From Paraspadella gotoi (Eukaryota; Animalia; Chaetognatha), in NCBI GenBank assembly GCA_051294375.1, contig JBJCIZ010001489.1:1-7003 (forward strand): a DNA stretch of 7,003 bases. The letters run 5' to 3'. Both the position numbers and the translations under genes were made by a program. Below are positions 6,882 through 7,003 of the stretch, one piece after another. Positions within the stretch are counted from its first letter, which is position 1. Each line of letters begins with the position of its first letter. The notes below the pieces were generated by a model. The model was not told where the DNA came from and did no database searches. It was given only the letters and a program-made list of their open reading frames with translations.

Positions 6882-6952
6882 GTGAATTAATTATTTTTTT
6901 AAAAGTTAAATGTAAATGAATTCGTTATTTTGTATTGACTCCCTTCCAAAAG

Positions 6953-7003
6953 GCGAATCCTCAAAACCCTCGGAACTGGAACAGATCCTCGACCTAATCG
7001 CGC
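6953..7003 (+). CDS. Probable next exon (partial) of the zinc-finger gene
   Basis: A branch-like TTGAC and pyrimidine tract precede AAG at 6950-6952. The phase-1 join reads (G)ESSKPSELEQILDLIA, open to the window end, and GC content rises. Confidence 0.5.

Noticed and set aside
6616-6885. ORFs spanning the N run
   Set aside because: Artefacts of the assembly gap.

Overview
Eukaryotic, probably animal, genomic DNA with three layers. (1) About 201-4568 is a decayed but nearly full-length DIRS1-like tyrosine-recombinase retrotransposon on the + strand. It carries gag-like, RT, RNase H, Dam-like adenine methyltransferase and tyrosine recombinase regions, broken by many frameshifts and stops. It is bounded by ~54-bp inverted repeats (232-285 / 4515-4568). 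An extra copy of the terminal core at 201-235 forms a perfect 28-bp hairpin and suggests the ICR-type circularisation junction lies 5' of the ORFs, the reverse of the usual DIRS1 layout. (2) From ~4800 to the window end is a probable multi-exon C2H2 zinc-finger host gene on the + strand, with phase-compatible splice sites and one exon partly hidden in a 213-nt N gap. (3) At 6105-6603 is a 499-bp internally deleted Tc1-like DNA transposon with TIRs, a TA duplication and a transposase remnant on the - strand, inside an intron of that gene and not shown by the ORF track. The RT+methylase+recombinase combination is the known DIRS architecture, not a new system. The unusual points are the terminal-repeat topology and a GSTR variant of the recombinase HxxR motif. 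All calls come from reading motifs by eye; no searches were run.
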